Origin: Camelus ferus
Lineage: Eukaryota
NCBI RefSeq assembly: GCF_009834535.1
Contig: NC_045697.1
Coordinates: 29,576,001 to 29,640,000 of the forward strand
DNA: 64,000 bases
Reading direction: 5' to 3'
Shown: positions 52,101-64,000 of the stretch, piece after piece
How positions within the stretch are numbered: the stretch's first letter is position 1
How the letters are laid out: each line of letters begins with the position of its first letter
Program-made: the position numbers and the translations under genes
Notes under the pieces: model-generated
Seen by the model: the letters and a program-made list of their open reading frames with translations, nothing else
What the model was told of the DNA's origin: nothing
The model's database searches: none

Positions 52101-52944
52101 TAGTAATTTAATGAGCAAACTTCCTATTGTCAATGATATTATTTGTGGAAGATACCAGAAAAGAGATGTGTGAGTGAGCACGTGTGAGACTGCGTGTGTG
52201 TATACTGTTTTGCTCACATTTTTATGGGCCACTCATATTTCCAAGTAGTATGTACAAAAAAGTAGATTGACTTAATTATTTTTAAGTCCTATTTTACCTT
52301 TTCAAAAAGCTCAGGGAATAAAACTGAACTTTATGGCCCAAAGTAATTTTTTCTACAAGATAGTCAAGCCATTCATACAGGTGTCTCAATTCAACTAACT
52401 AAAGAATATCTCAAAAAAGTTACAAAACAATAAAACTAACAGCTGTATCAATTCTTCCAACACCAAGCTACATGAGGGACTTACTGAACAAGTGATTCCA
52501 CATTCTGTTTTCCTTTCCAGGCAAGGAAAGAACCAAATGGATTTCATTCTTATTCTAAATTCAGAACCAAAGAGCTTATATAAAAGTCTAAAACACCTGA
52601 AGCTCAGAAAACTAGACTCATTTTCCAGTCATACCATATTGAACTGTCTTACCTTTAAAGTTTAATTCATCTACTGAATACCTGATAAAAGGTTTTATCA
52701 CAACCTTGAGGACTCAGTTGATGAAACCCCAAAGAAGTGGAACAATGTTGAAAGTCATGCTAATCTCTTGAAAGGTTTTTTTTTAAAGGTCTCCTGAGCC
52801 CCTTCCCACGTTTTTAAGTCCATAAGAGCATATGAAACTTACAAAGCCATGGAAAAAAAGAAAGTAAAAAAGCCACAGACCCACTGTTAACTTTCTGAGA
52901 GAAGCATAACAGAATTTTTAAAAAGCAAGTTAGAAAGTACTTAC

Positions 52945-53050
52945 TTTTCCCAGGTCTTTGGTACAAAGCTCAGAAGGCAAGTTCCCTTTTCCCACAAAGT
53001 CTTGTTAATTAATAGCAATCACTCAGTGAGGTCAGGCAGCCCAAATATAT
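52945..53050 (-). other. Candidate non-coding exon (106 nt)
   Basis: Acceptor 'ttttaacttttcgtgtctacacaatttctag|ATATAT' and consensus donor 'GGGAAAA|gtaagt'. No ATG in the exon; lies in repeat-free sequence. Confidence 0.5.
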
Positions 53051-54129
53051 CTAGAAATTGTGTAGACACGAAAAGTTAAAATTCAAAGTCAGAAATTAAA
53101 AACCAAAACACCCCATTGCTATCCAGTCTCCACATAATTAAAATACAGATTTCACCGGAATATCCACATGATGAACTATGTTAGCTACTTTTCTTGCAGA
53201 ATAATACTAACAAGACTTGCTAAATCTAGATGGTGTTTTGATCTGTCATCTTATTAAAGTTACTAAAGTAGGAACCAACAAGGTTTCTTGGCAACCGTTC
53301 ATGGTAAAAATGCCCTTCTCAGGGAGTCATAAAAGGCAACTGAGGGAGGGTTTGGACTTCTAATTATACTGCGACTTGGGAGGAAAGGTCTTCAGAAATC
53401 ACACTTGCCTGCCCCACTTTCCAAAGATGAGCTCATCTCACAAACACAGAAGCAGTTGTAAATAGAAGTGAACAATAACAACTTAATGAGATCCATCAAC
53501 AACTTTTAAATGCCCTTCAGACGTATCCATTTAAGCACACTTCACTTTTGCAAGTGGTAATGAGAAGACAGTCGTGTTAACTTTTTTCTAATAAAACTGA
53601 AAATCCAAAAATTCTACCTGATGATAATCTCACTAAAAACATAAGTTACTTCCCCAACAATCCTGAGAATGAATATATAGGTAATAACTCATTCATAAGA
53701 TAAAAGAGTTTAAGTAGGTGTAGCAGACGCCACAGGTAAACCATAACCTAATGTTTGTGCACCTATCAGGCTCTCCCATTCTGGGCCTCACATTAGATGT
53801 AATTCTAAGAAGTATGATACAATTATTTAAAAGCCATAAGAGACTAAGAAATAGATTGATTAGGAGGAGGCAGGAAGCACTGCTACAAAAGGCAGGCAGA
53901 ATCTCACAGACATCAGTATGCATTATTTATTCCTACAGTCATTGTCACTGTTCTAGGTTACAGTTACTATTACATTGTTACTATTGCTGTTACACAGTGT
54001 TGACTATTATGCCAGATTCTTTTCTAGGTGCTCTCACATCTATTAACTCCATTTAGGACAGAGACAAGCAGAATATCCCCTAGAATCACCATGGTACCAC
54101 ACAGCACACTCAGAGCTCCAATATCACTG

Positions 54130-54703
54130 TGTGTGTTCCAAGGTTGATAGAGTAGGGAGAACTTGAGCACAACTCGAATTTCACATTTGTTTAGGCATGA
54201 TTTCATTGCAAGAAACACTAGGTAATAACAGAAGATTGCGCAGGGCGGAACCCAGCTGCCTGAGGACACAGAGAATGCCCAAAGCCCACCCTCAAGTATC
54301 TGCCAGCGATCTCGGTTCCCCTCAGTGTGCTGAGTCCCGCCCCTCCACACTGGGTGCCCCAACTTTCCCTCTGATCTCAGGTAACCCTCCTTCCAACACT
54401 TCACAGTGACTCAGAAGCTGCAACCCTTCCAAGGCCTCAGTCCACAGGCAAACATCCGGACTTAAAGGTAAAGTGCCATAGCTATTACACATTTCTTTAT
54501 TTCTTAACCAACTAATATGTGTAAAATTGTGCTCCAGTTTTGATTCGGTTCCTAGCTTTATTTTTTAACCTGTCACTGATAAAGGTGTTGAGCGTTACGT
54601 CCCCGATCATTTTCCCCAGAAGTACTGTGGGTTTTACTGCATGATTTTGCATAGCATGGTGGTTTTTAGAAACACACATACTGCATTTTAGCAGAACAGA
54701 CAC
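54130..54703 (-). mobile_element. Tigger13a-like DNA transposon remnant
   Basis: Reverse complement begins 'gtctgttctgctaaaatgcagtatgtgtgtttctaaaaaccaccatgctatgcaaaatcatgc', and internal 'gaagggttgcagcttctgagtcactgtgaagtg' matches the recalled Tigger13a consensus. Confidence 0.65.
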
Positions 54704-56240
54704 AATAACCTTATAAACAGTGTTTATAAGGATGCTTGTGATTTAAACCAGAGGGGTTAAATTATGATTTTCATATATTTATATTATATTAAAGAGGATA
54801 GTAACATATGTAATACCATTTAAAAAAGATCTTCACTCACATATTGGGTTTACAATAACCTAATAGAGACACTTCTAAGGGTCAGTTTCAGTTATGTGAA
54901 AAATTTATTTATGAAAAGTTCCCTAAAGGTGTTAAATAAATGAGGTGTTACTGCACCACTCTGGACAGACCAACATGATCGTGTTATAAAGATAGATTCT
55001 TGCAGACAAGAGGGCTTAACTGGACTTGCTGAAAAGGACAAACTGAATAAATTACTTGTCATTCCTTGAAACCAATAAATTTTTAAAAGATTGAATTCAT
55101 CCTAAAAAAAGGTCCAAGATATGCATAAAGATATGTACAAAGAAGTTTTCTATTATAGGTAATAACACTTCAAGCAATTAAAAAATATAAATCTTTAGCA
55201 ATGGATAAACAAGGTTTTTTTTTAATCTGTAAGATATTTCATAAAATGAGAAAATGCTTTTAAGCAGTGTTCACTGGAAATGCAGACTATAAGATGATAT
55301 GTTCAACACAATTCCAATTTTGTTTAAAAGTTAATTGTACCTGGAAAAATGACTGGAATGAAAGAAAAAGTCAACATTTGTATACTTGCTAATTAGAGAT
55401 TACAGAATTAGGGTCAAATAATTTTTACTTTCTTTGCATTTTCCTGTGATACTCATATTTTCCACAGTGCTTACATCTACTTTCACAACTAAAAATAACA
55501 ATATTCTACATAAAAATAGGATTAAGGCATTTGGTGGGACAAACCTCTTTTTATGCACATGTTAATTTCACATGTGAATCCAGTCAGTAGAATGAACACT
55601 AGTCCAAGAACAAGGACACCAGATGCTCCCTCCGCAAGTATTAACAGATCCAGTCACATGACTGAATCCCTGAAGGTATTTGCTACCTCACAATTCAAGG
55701 ACATATACAGTCCCAACAGAGATGTTCAAAGTATATAAATCCATTACAGAGGCCAAAATATAGTTTGCTTGTACTGGCTAAAACAGTCATGGATTTAGTA
55801 AATCCAGATGAAGGAGGATTTTTAATTATATAATTGCATATAAGCTGTTTTAATGCCTGAAAGAAATTTAGTTATGAATGAAGAAATTGTGCTCTGGATA
55901 AAGCTCCTTTCAAACAAGATTGAGATTAAAGAAATACAAAGAGCGATGGATTTGGGTGGGGGGATGAGTGCCTCTCTCTGGGAGTTTTAAACAGAAAGCA
56001 AGAAAAGAGAGACTGATCTTTACAACCTCCAAAAGAACTCAGTTATATTAAAATTTTCCCAATAACCATAGAACTGGGCTTTGAAAATAATCCATTTGCC
56101 AAAAATGGTGACTCCTTAGTCATAAGTCTGCTTAGTTTAACCCCACACAGTGACATCACCTAAGAACTGAATGGTGAGAACACTCAGGAGTCAAGGCCAA
56201 TTTGGAACAACCTGGCCACCACACACCTGAGATCACTTAC

Positions 56241-56376
56241 CTGTGCTTGCCAGCAGTACATTCAAATGATGGATCCCTTTCCATTTTCAGTGTAACCTTA
56301 CTGGCACACTAAATATTCAGTAACGATTTGATGTAGAGCAATTGCTGTAATACGGCTCTCCACTCTCATGAATACA
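56241..56376 (-). other. Weak candidate exon (136 nt), possibly exonised L2 sequence
   Basis: Perfect donor 'GCACAG|gtaagt' and acceptor 'cactgatttttaatcctcag|TG'. Confidence 0.3.
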
Positions 56377-57504
56377 CTGAGGATTAAAAATCAGTGATTG
56401 TGTACGTGTGTGTGTGGGGGGGGTTGTTTCACAAAATTACAAAGCATCTGTAACATTCAGCGTATACATCTGAATAACAACCATATTCCTGCTGTACAAA
56501 GTACAGATGTACTGGTCTCTATTTTTTGTTTTTTGGTTTTTTTTTCTTACTTTCAAAAATGCTGACTTCAATGAAAAACAAACAAAAACAAAACCCTTCT
56601 GTTTCAAATTTGCTTTTGTATTTTTAAGCATTTTCATAAGTTCCCTATCAAATGGAAACAAAGCTACTGGCTTCATGTCTTGTTTGTTTTGTTTTAAAGA
56701 ATAGAAAAGGCAAATGAACCTTTTAATTATGCTATTATATACAAAAAGAGATCACAGAGGAGATACTGCATTCCAGAAAAATCAGTCTGTTCAAGAACAG
56801 AGACCCTATCATTTTATTAAATGCATATTGATTACTTTGGAAAATAACCTTGAAATTCTTGGCTTCTGTGTCTCACAAGTTGCAGCCTAAAACGCTGCAC
56901 ACATTTACCTTTAATAATTTGCAACCAAATACAATCAGCAAGTAAATTCAGATACTATTTTCAATTACGACTGTTCAAAATAAAAACTATGAATTTTAAT
57001 TTTTAAAGGACAACATGCTGAAATATACATCCATCTATACATACTTCACACTGACTCTGAAAATACAGAGCACTTAGAAATTCTCAGTACGGAAACAGTA
57101 TTTCTTAAATTGCTCTAAGAATTAGCATATGTGTAGCTCGGGGGAATATATTCTCTTAGTATTACCAGATATTAAAAAGGGCAAGCAATTTTCAGAGTCT
57201 ACCTGGAAAACAAGTAGAAATTATTTTCTCAGGCTCTCCAGTCACTCCGTGGGCAGAATTCCAGCATAATCTAAACTGGTCTTTGGCACTGTCTCCTTCC
57301 CCTTTTTGCATCACTGTGCCGCCTTGAATCTAAAGCCCAATGACCTTCACTTTTGATGGCCTCTTTCTCTCAGTGGTCATTTCCTTCCAACTTCTAAACT
57401 CCCAACTACTTCATGGGAATACTTTAGCAGAAGCTGGGAGATGGGGGATCTTTAACAAATGATTAATGACTTTAAACTTCCTCTGGATTATATGCATTTT
57501 TAAA

Positions 57505-58590
57505 GGAAAGCTTGAGTACCCAGATCTTGTTTTCTAAATACCTTAGCTCATAGGAGAAATGTTTGGGTCCAGCCTGGGCTTCAGGAAAGTACAAGATAAG
57601 CCCAGAACATTTTGCTATGCCAGAGAGCGAAGAAGTGCTAAAATATTAACGCAGACATGACAAAAGAACATAGGAGCTGCCTTGAAGGGTCTCCCTCTGG
57701 CCAAATGTGGGACAGTTCAAACAACAGAAAGAATGATATCGATGAATTAGAACACACTGAATTAAAAAAGGAACCATAAATCCATAGATACTCATGAGAA
57801 GGGGGATAGTGGAACATTCTTCTTTGCAAAGAAAGCCACCTAATAAACACTAAAGGAAGAGCAGAAATAGAAAATCCCACTTTGCAACCACCAAGGCAAT
57901 GATTGATTCAGTAGACAGTCATTAATGGCTGCTAAAACCATTAGGGAAAGGGATGCTGTGGAACAGGATACTCACACAGTCTCAGAGTATCACCCCGCTG
58001 ATTACTTACCACTTACTGAGGGGGAAAGGTATCTTTATAATGGAGAGTTCTGGCAGACCACCTTACCCAAGTGATGGTTGGCATAATCAATTATAGGATA
58101 ATCGAACATCACATGTCTCCACAACCACTATGTAGTGTGTTTGTCAAAAGGCTTAAACTGTATCTCCTCATAAAGTAACAATCTAACAAAGCCAGATTAT
58201 GGTGCTTTCTACAAGGCAACTGTCTTGGAATTTTCCAAGATATCAGTGCCATGAATGACAAAAATAAAACAAAACCAGGGTGACTGTTCTGGATTAAAGG
58301 AAAGGAGACAAATGCAATGAATGACTGTTGATGAATTGTGGATGAGGAGAGGGGTTATAAAAGACATTATGGGAATAACTGGGGAAATTTGAATAGGTAT
58401 TTTGGGTTAAGGGGAGAATATTCTTGTGCTTGGGAGATACATGGTAAAGTATTCTGGGTAAAGAGTCATGATCTCTACAACTAACTCAAACGGTTCAGCA
58501 AAAATGCTTTAAAGTTTGCATACTCAGAGACAAAGAGAGACAGAAACAGAGAGACAGATAAAACAAATTTGGCAAAATGTTAGTATTTTA
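57505..58590 (+). mobile_element. L1MC4/L1MC5-like 3' region
   Basis: 'ccagatcttgttttctaaatacc', 'aggaaagtacaagataagcccagaacattttgctatgccagagagc' and 'tttataatggagagttctggcagaccaccttacccaagtgat'. Confidence 0.7.
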
Positions 58591-60165
58591 TATGGTGGGC
58601 TGGCCGTACCCTATAAAAGCCAGTAACTGTGGTTACTTGCAGGCTGTGTCTATTCCATATAAAGGAGCTCATGGTTGAAAGGAAACTGACACAAATACAA
58701 ATATGGACCACTGGGTGATACACCATTTTGTCCATTTTTCAAAAAACTTTTATCCAATTCATTTCTCTTCTGTCATTAGTTGGGGGGAAGAAGATTGAGA
58801 AAAAAAAAAAACCCAAGGAAAAGGATAACAATGCATAAAAACTAGCAACAGAAGTTCAGTTCTCCTCCACACATTTCGAAGAAGACGGAAGCCTCAAGGT
58901 TTAAAACCTTCTGCCTTGTCTTCCATCTGGGTAAGAAATCCGGGGTAGATGTGGACACTTCCAGTGAGCCAAAAGGGTCCCTCTGCAAGATTTACACTGA
59001 CCAAACACGGTGACCAGGAAAGCTGAGCATTCGATTTCATGCCTGCCCCTGACCAAGTTGCAGGGGCGGGGGGTGAGGGGTAGCAGGGTGCATCTGAATA
59101 ACGATCCATGTAGGCAAACCTGCATCCCAGACCTGAAGCTCTTGGCAACTGCTTCAAACTGAGTGTCTGAAACAGCGTTCTCCTCCTCCAAACCTGATCC
59201 CTTGTTTCTGTTACCTCTTTTCTTGGTCTACGTAGTCTCAAAAGTGCAGCTTTGTCTTTCACTTCGGTTCTCACTGGCCCACTCTTTCCACCGTCTCTTC
59301 CTCGTCCACATCTTCAAGGCCATATTGGCCATGAGGGCTCTCATAGTCCAGGTAGAAACAGCCTCTCTGCTTTCTGTTTCTTCTCAATATTTCTGTCTAC
59401 AGCACTCACTTGGCACTTTTTAAATATCTTTGCCACACAGCATTGAATTTGCACCCACTGTAGGCAAGTGCTTTGCAATGTTACCTTATTTAAAAATCAC
59501 TAATTCTCTGAAGTAGTTTATTTCATTTTCATCTACAGAAGAAATGGATACTCAGACAAGTGAGGTCACAGAGTTGTAAAGCTGATATTAAGACCCTGAT
59601 CTGGTTCTACCCTAACACCAACGGGCTTCAGATTGTATTTATCATTTTAAACACTGTCCTCTGTCCTTAAATCAAGCACAGAATCCCTGAAGGAACGGAT
59701 CCATTTTATCCAACTTCGTGCTCTCTCCAGAACCAAGTACTACTCATAACTCATGTTCACAGAAGTATGTTTCAAGACTCAGCCCAGAGACCATTTTTCC
59801 TTTCTGACTTCCAGCCCCCCATCCTTGCAGAACCAACCACCCCCTCCTCCTTGCCCTCTGCATGCTTCCACTGCAGTATATGCAAGTCTTCACTGCAGGG
59901 TCCGGGCCTGCCGCATATGTGCCTGGAACACAGTAGGCACTTAATGAATGTTCACTGAATGAAATGTTTATGCATGAGACAGTTGGGTTCCTCATCAGGG
60001 CTGCTATGTCTCACTAAAAAATTGCCCTTATTTTTATCTTTATCACATAGCGAGGAAATTATTTTAAGAAAGAGTGACAGATGGGAAATGGAGAGAAACG
60101 GAGAGTCTTGGCCTTTGGGTCCTACCTGCTTCACCTGCTGCCCTGGGGGTACTGTGTTCTGGAGA

Positions 60166-60315
60166 AGTGCTTCCAAATTTTAACGTATATGTAATATCAT
60201 TCACTACAAATCATGATTCAGAATGTTTGCGGTGGAGCCCGAGTTTCCGCATTTCTAATAAGCTCCCAAGAGACATCAGTGCTGCTGATGTATGGACCAC
60301 ACTTTTGAGTAACAA
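60166..60315. mobile_element. MER5A-like hAT-Charlie MITE
   Basis: 'ggtggagcccgagtttccgcatttctaataagctcccaagagacatcagtgctgctgatgtatggaccacacttttgagtaacaa'. Confidence 0.7.
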
Positions 60316-61824
60316 AACATCCTGGACAGCATGAGCGAAACTGTGCCCATTTACAGAGATATAACACGTAGACTAAATGGCCAGATGTGAATCCACAGAG
60401 TGTTAATGCTACTTATCTCTGGGTTTCTTCTTTCTGCTTTTCTATAATTTCCAAGTATTCGATAATGATTCTTGCTGATGGAAATTAAAATTTTAAATGC
60501 TATACGTACACATGCATAAAAAAACTGTACATTTGGACATTTCTACGCTGCATGGCTATATCTTTATTTAAGCAACACGTATACTTAAAAGGACCAGACT
60601 TGGGAAATAACAAGATGGTGAATTTAGCAATTCCCTGTCTGCTCATCTTAACATGTAGATTAACATAAAACAGTAATTACCCTTAACAAGCAGTCACCAC
60701 CACAAGCATTGTTTTTCTCAGGTTCCTTTCCCTTAAAAGAAAGAGAAGGAATCCATTCAGTTGGAAGACAATACAAGGCAAACCAAATTAAGGACAGAAG
60801 AAAAAACAAGGAGTGACGCTGAACCTCTTCCAAGTGGGTCAATACAACTGCATGAAAGTTGAAACGGAGGTGGAAATGCCTTTCTCTGAGCAGAGGCGGG
60901 GTGGGCTGGGTCCCCCAACAAGGCTAAGTAGAAGAAATTAAAGCACCACTCACTGTGCACCTGCAAGCGAGGTGGAAAGAAATGAGCCTCAGAGGAGCCC
61001 CCTTCCAAAGCATAACAAGGCAAGATCATTAGGAAAAGGCAATTAGAGGGAGTGTGTTTGCAGGAAAGCACTCCCCAAATACCTGACTCCTCTTCTCTGG
61101 AGTTCCAAGTGATGCCAGGCTTATCCTGTGAATTGTAGAAGTTGCAGCCCTGGCAGGTGGGCATCTCATGCCCACTCCCGTACCTGCAGCGACTCCAGAC
61201 ACTTGCCTGGCCACAGATGTCTGTGACTCAAGAAGGGCCAACAACAAAGAGGCGCCCAACCAGCCAATGGCGTGACCAGAGTGTTCCTGGTTGAAGTAGG
61301 ACAAGCAAGGTTCTGCATCCTCTGTTTTCTAACCCACAGTACTAAGTGACTTTTTGCCTTGAAGAAATATTGTGAAACTCACCATGAAATGACCTGGAAG
61401 GACTGGAATTCAGAATCTGGAAGGCTTATATATCCAACAGGACTAAAAATTTCTTCTGCGTGTCTACACAGTATTACTAAGGATGTGGCTTCTTGTCTGT
61501 GAAGTTTCAGACATGCCAGACATTCAGCTCAACTGAAAACAGTGAGTCCCTGTATCTTGACTGAATTCTGTGAGTCTAGAGCTTGACCACTCAAGGCAAC
61601 TGTATGCTGAGGTGCTAAATGCGATCGGCTGAAATTTCAAAACTAGCATCAGTCATCATCCTGATGGGAGAAAAAAATCTGAATCTACACAGACTTGCTT
61701 ACATTTATCTTATTCAGATTCAATACTGTTTTTATTTTGAATTATATGGATGTAGATGGGGTGGGGGAGGGGGAAAGAACCATAATCTCTGTACTCCAAA
61801 ACCTAGAAGTCTTAACATCTTAAT

Positions 61825-62275
61825 TGGAATTTTAGATTTAAAGAGACTTAAAAGGCATGACAATCAAATAAAATGCAATACATGGTCATTTGCTTGGATT
61901 CTGGTTAAAAAAAATTTTTTTTAATGCTAAAGACTTAGAGGACTAAGTATTTGGGAAATATGATTATGGGCTGATAATAAATGATATTTAGGGACTATTG
62001 TTACTTTTGTTGGGCATGGTGATAGTATTGCATTTAATGGGGCAGCTTCTTCATTTCTTGGAGGTGGATGCTAAAGTAGTTAGGGGTAAAGTGCCATGAC
62101 GTCTAAAATTTATTTTCAAATGCTTCAGCAAAAAATAATATGTAAATTTATACAGATGAAGTAAATAGGAAAAAATGTTAATAATTATTCAAATCAGATG
62201 GGGCTCTATGGATGTTCATTACAATATCCTTTCTTTTTTCTGTATGTGAAAACTTTCAGAATTTAAGGTTTAAAA
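61825..62275 (+). mobile_element. Old L1MC/L1ME 3' end
   Basis: 'agattta aagagacttaaaaggcatgacaatcaaataaaatgcaatac' and 'atgccatgacgtctaaaatttattttcaaatgcttcagcaaaaa'-type motifs. Confidence 0.65.
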
Positions 62276-62649
62276 TTATATGAGGTAAAAAACATCTATG
62301 ACCCTGTAGTTTTACGGCCCTTGTCCTACTGTCTTGCTATATTAGAACACAGTCCATCTACGTAGATAATTTCTTTCCTCCTGAAAACGTTCTCTCATCA
62401 AGCCTTCCCACCTCCATACCTTTGTGTATGATATTTTCTCAACCTGGTATTTCCTCTGTCCAGTCATCACCTCTCTGGTGAAAGCTGACATTCTTTTAGG
62501 TCAATCTCAAATGCCACCTTCTCTAGGAGGACTTTCCTAACCTCCTCCCCAAAGAGGGAGGTCATGCACCTCCCCTCTTCTGACTCCCCATGACACACTG
62601 TACCTCTCCTGACACTTACCACCTTCTACCCCACGGGGTAAAAACTGCA

Positions 62650-62880
62650 GCTGACATTTACTGAGCGCTTCCCACGTGTGGGGCCCTGGTCCCTCGCAGG
62701 GCTTCTTGCCTTCACTCATTTCATGCCTCCCCTACTGAGGTGGGCACTGCCATTACCCTCTCTTCACTGGTGAGGAAGCAGGCTTTGAGAGGTCGGATGA
62801 CTTGCCCAATCACAAGGGTCGTAAATAGCAGTACCAGGATTCATGCAAACATAGCGCTTCTGCTTCCAAACTCTATAGCA
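62650..62880 (-). mobile_element. MIR SINE
   Basis: 'gctgacatttactgagcgcttcccacgtgtg...tgaggaagcaggctttgagaggtcggatgacttgccc'. Confidence 0.75.
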
Positions 62881-63069
62881 CTAGTGTGAGTGTCATTTGC
62901 AAGGTGGCCTGATCCTTCCTTACTACATTTTAACAATCTAAGGGCAGGCAGAGCATCTTGTTCATTTATTCACTCCATCAATAACTGTTGAAAAGCCACT
63001 ATTATCAGAAAACAACTGCCCAATGTGATGGGGTAAAGTAGTAAGTGAAAAGGGTAGTTTCTGACCTAG

Positions 63070-63290
63070 GTAAAAACTAAGGAAATCTGAACAAACTATG
63101 GACTTTAGTTAATAATAATGTATCAGTATTGGTCCTTTAATTGTAACAAACGTACCATATTATTGTAAGACGTTAATAATAGGGGAAAACTGGGTGAGAG
63201 TTTATGAGCACTCTGGACTATCTTCTCAATCTTTCTGTAAATCTAAAACTGTTCTTTAAAAAAAAAAAAGTCTATTTTAAAAAAAGAAAA
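63070..63290 (+). mobile_element. L1MC1-3-like extreme 3' end
   Basis: 'aaaactaaggaaatctgaacaaactatggactttagttaataataatgtatcagtattgg...ttctgtaaatctaaaactgttc' followed by an A tail. Confidence 0.8.
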
Positions 63291-64000
63291 AAGTGTGACC
63301 ATGAGTCAGTTTTCCTGACTGGCTCATAAACTACCTGTAACACCAATTCCAAAGAAGAGTGGCCCAGTCATTTTAGCAAAAGGCATGGCGATGAAACGTT
63401 TGAACTCGGCCCATTTGGGGAATGAATTCTAACCAGGCTCTCCAGCTGAATGTGTAGCACATGTTTTTTAAACCTAATCTCATGCACGTATATCCTTCCC
63501 CTCAGGCAACACTAAGAAGCTTCCGGCTCCAGGTTATCCTGGTTAATTCATCATGTTTTAATCAACACACCCCGGAAGGAAATTACCACATCTCCACTTC
63601 TCTAAGTCAACTCAAGTAAGTCTCAGAAAGACTCTATGACGTTCAATTTTTTTTTTTAAGTGTTGGGTTTTTTTTTCCTTAAAAAAATCACAGAGTTCCA
63701 AGTCCCAAGCTCTACAACCATCACAAACCCAGAGCTTTAGGCATCTACACATTCACATACTCAACCACCCTATGTTTGACTCTTCCCTAAAGAAAGGAAC
63801 TCTGCTTTCCAGATACCGTGCAGGGACTTCTCTCCACTTTAATAAATGACTCTCTCCACTGCATCTGTGAGATCAGCTACACTTCCACACATAAAAACCC
63901 TTCTGTGTGGAGTTAGCCTAATAAATCACCATGAGTAACAGTAACTCTTTTTTTAGATCGAACTCCTGGAAAACTACAAGATGAGCCAGGAAGGACACAG

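Noticed and set aside
58894..59446. Overlapping ORFs up to 126 aa
   Set aside because: No recognisable domain or exon boundaries; partly overlaps degenerate L2-like sequence.
11630..63308. Scattered AP-1 sites (TGAGTCA/TGACTCA, e.g. 11630, 20924, 28872)
   Set aside because: About eight were noticed in 64 kb, roughly the chance expectation for a 7-mer on both strands, and they do not cluster.

Overview
This is mammalian genomic DNA, probably from a camelid, judging by three tRNA-Ala-derived Vic-1-like SINEs. It is AT-rich and repeat-rich, with no recognisable intact protein-coding exon. The ORF-track entries are chance ORFs or decayed LINE-1 ORF2 fragments. The main non-repeat structure is a set of short minus-strand AG...GT-bounded exon candidates: 29129-29201, 27791-27911, 26824-26952 and 1928-2091, plus weaker or alternative ones at 56241-56376, 52945-53050, 46706-46797, 22214-22311 and 4841-4946. 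They look like the multi-exon 5' leader of a large gene transcribed right to left. Three clustered exons followed about 25 kb later by a ~160-nt exon resembles my unverified recollection of the PEAK1 leader, so that assignment is tentative. The leader carries many upstream AUGs, and one splice path (22283 -> 4946 -> 2091) gives an uninterrupted ORF of at least 113 codons. The rest is transposon-derived: L1, HAL1, L2, MIR, MLT1/ERVL LTRs and MER2B/MER104/MER94/MER5A/Tigger-type elements, including a nested cluster at 12.5-15.8 kb. Subfamily names come from recalled consensus motifs, not a database search. I found no convincing novel biological system.
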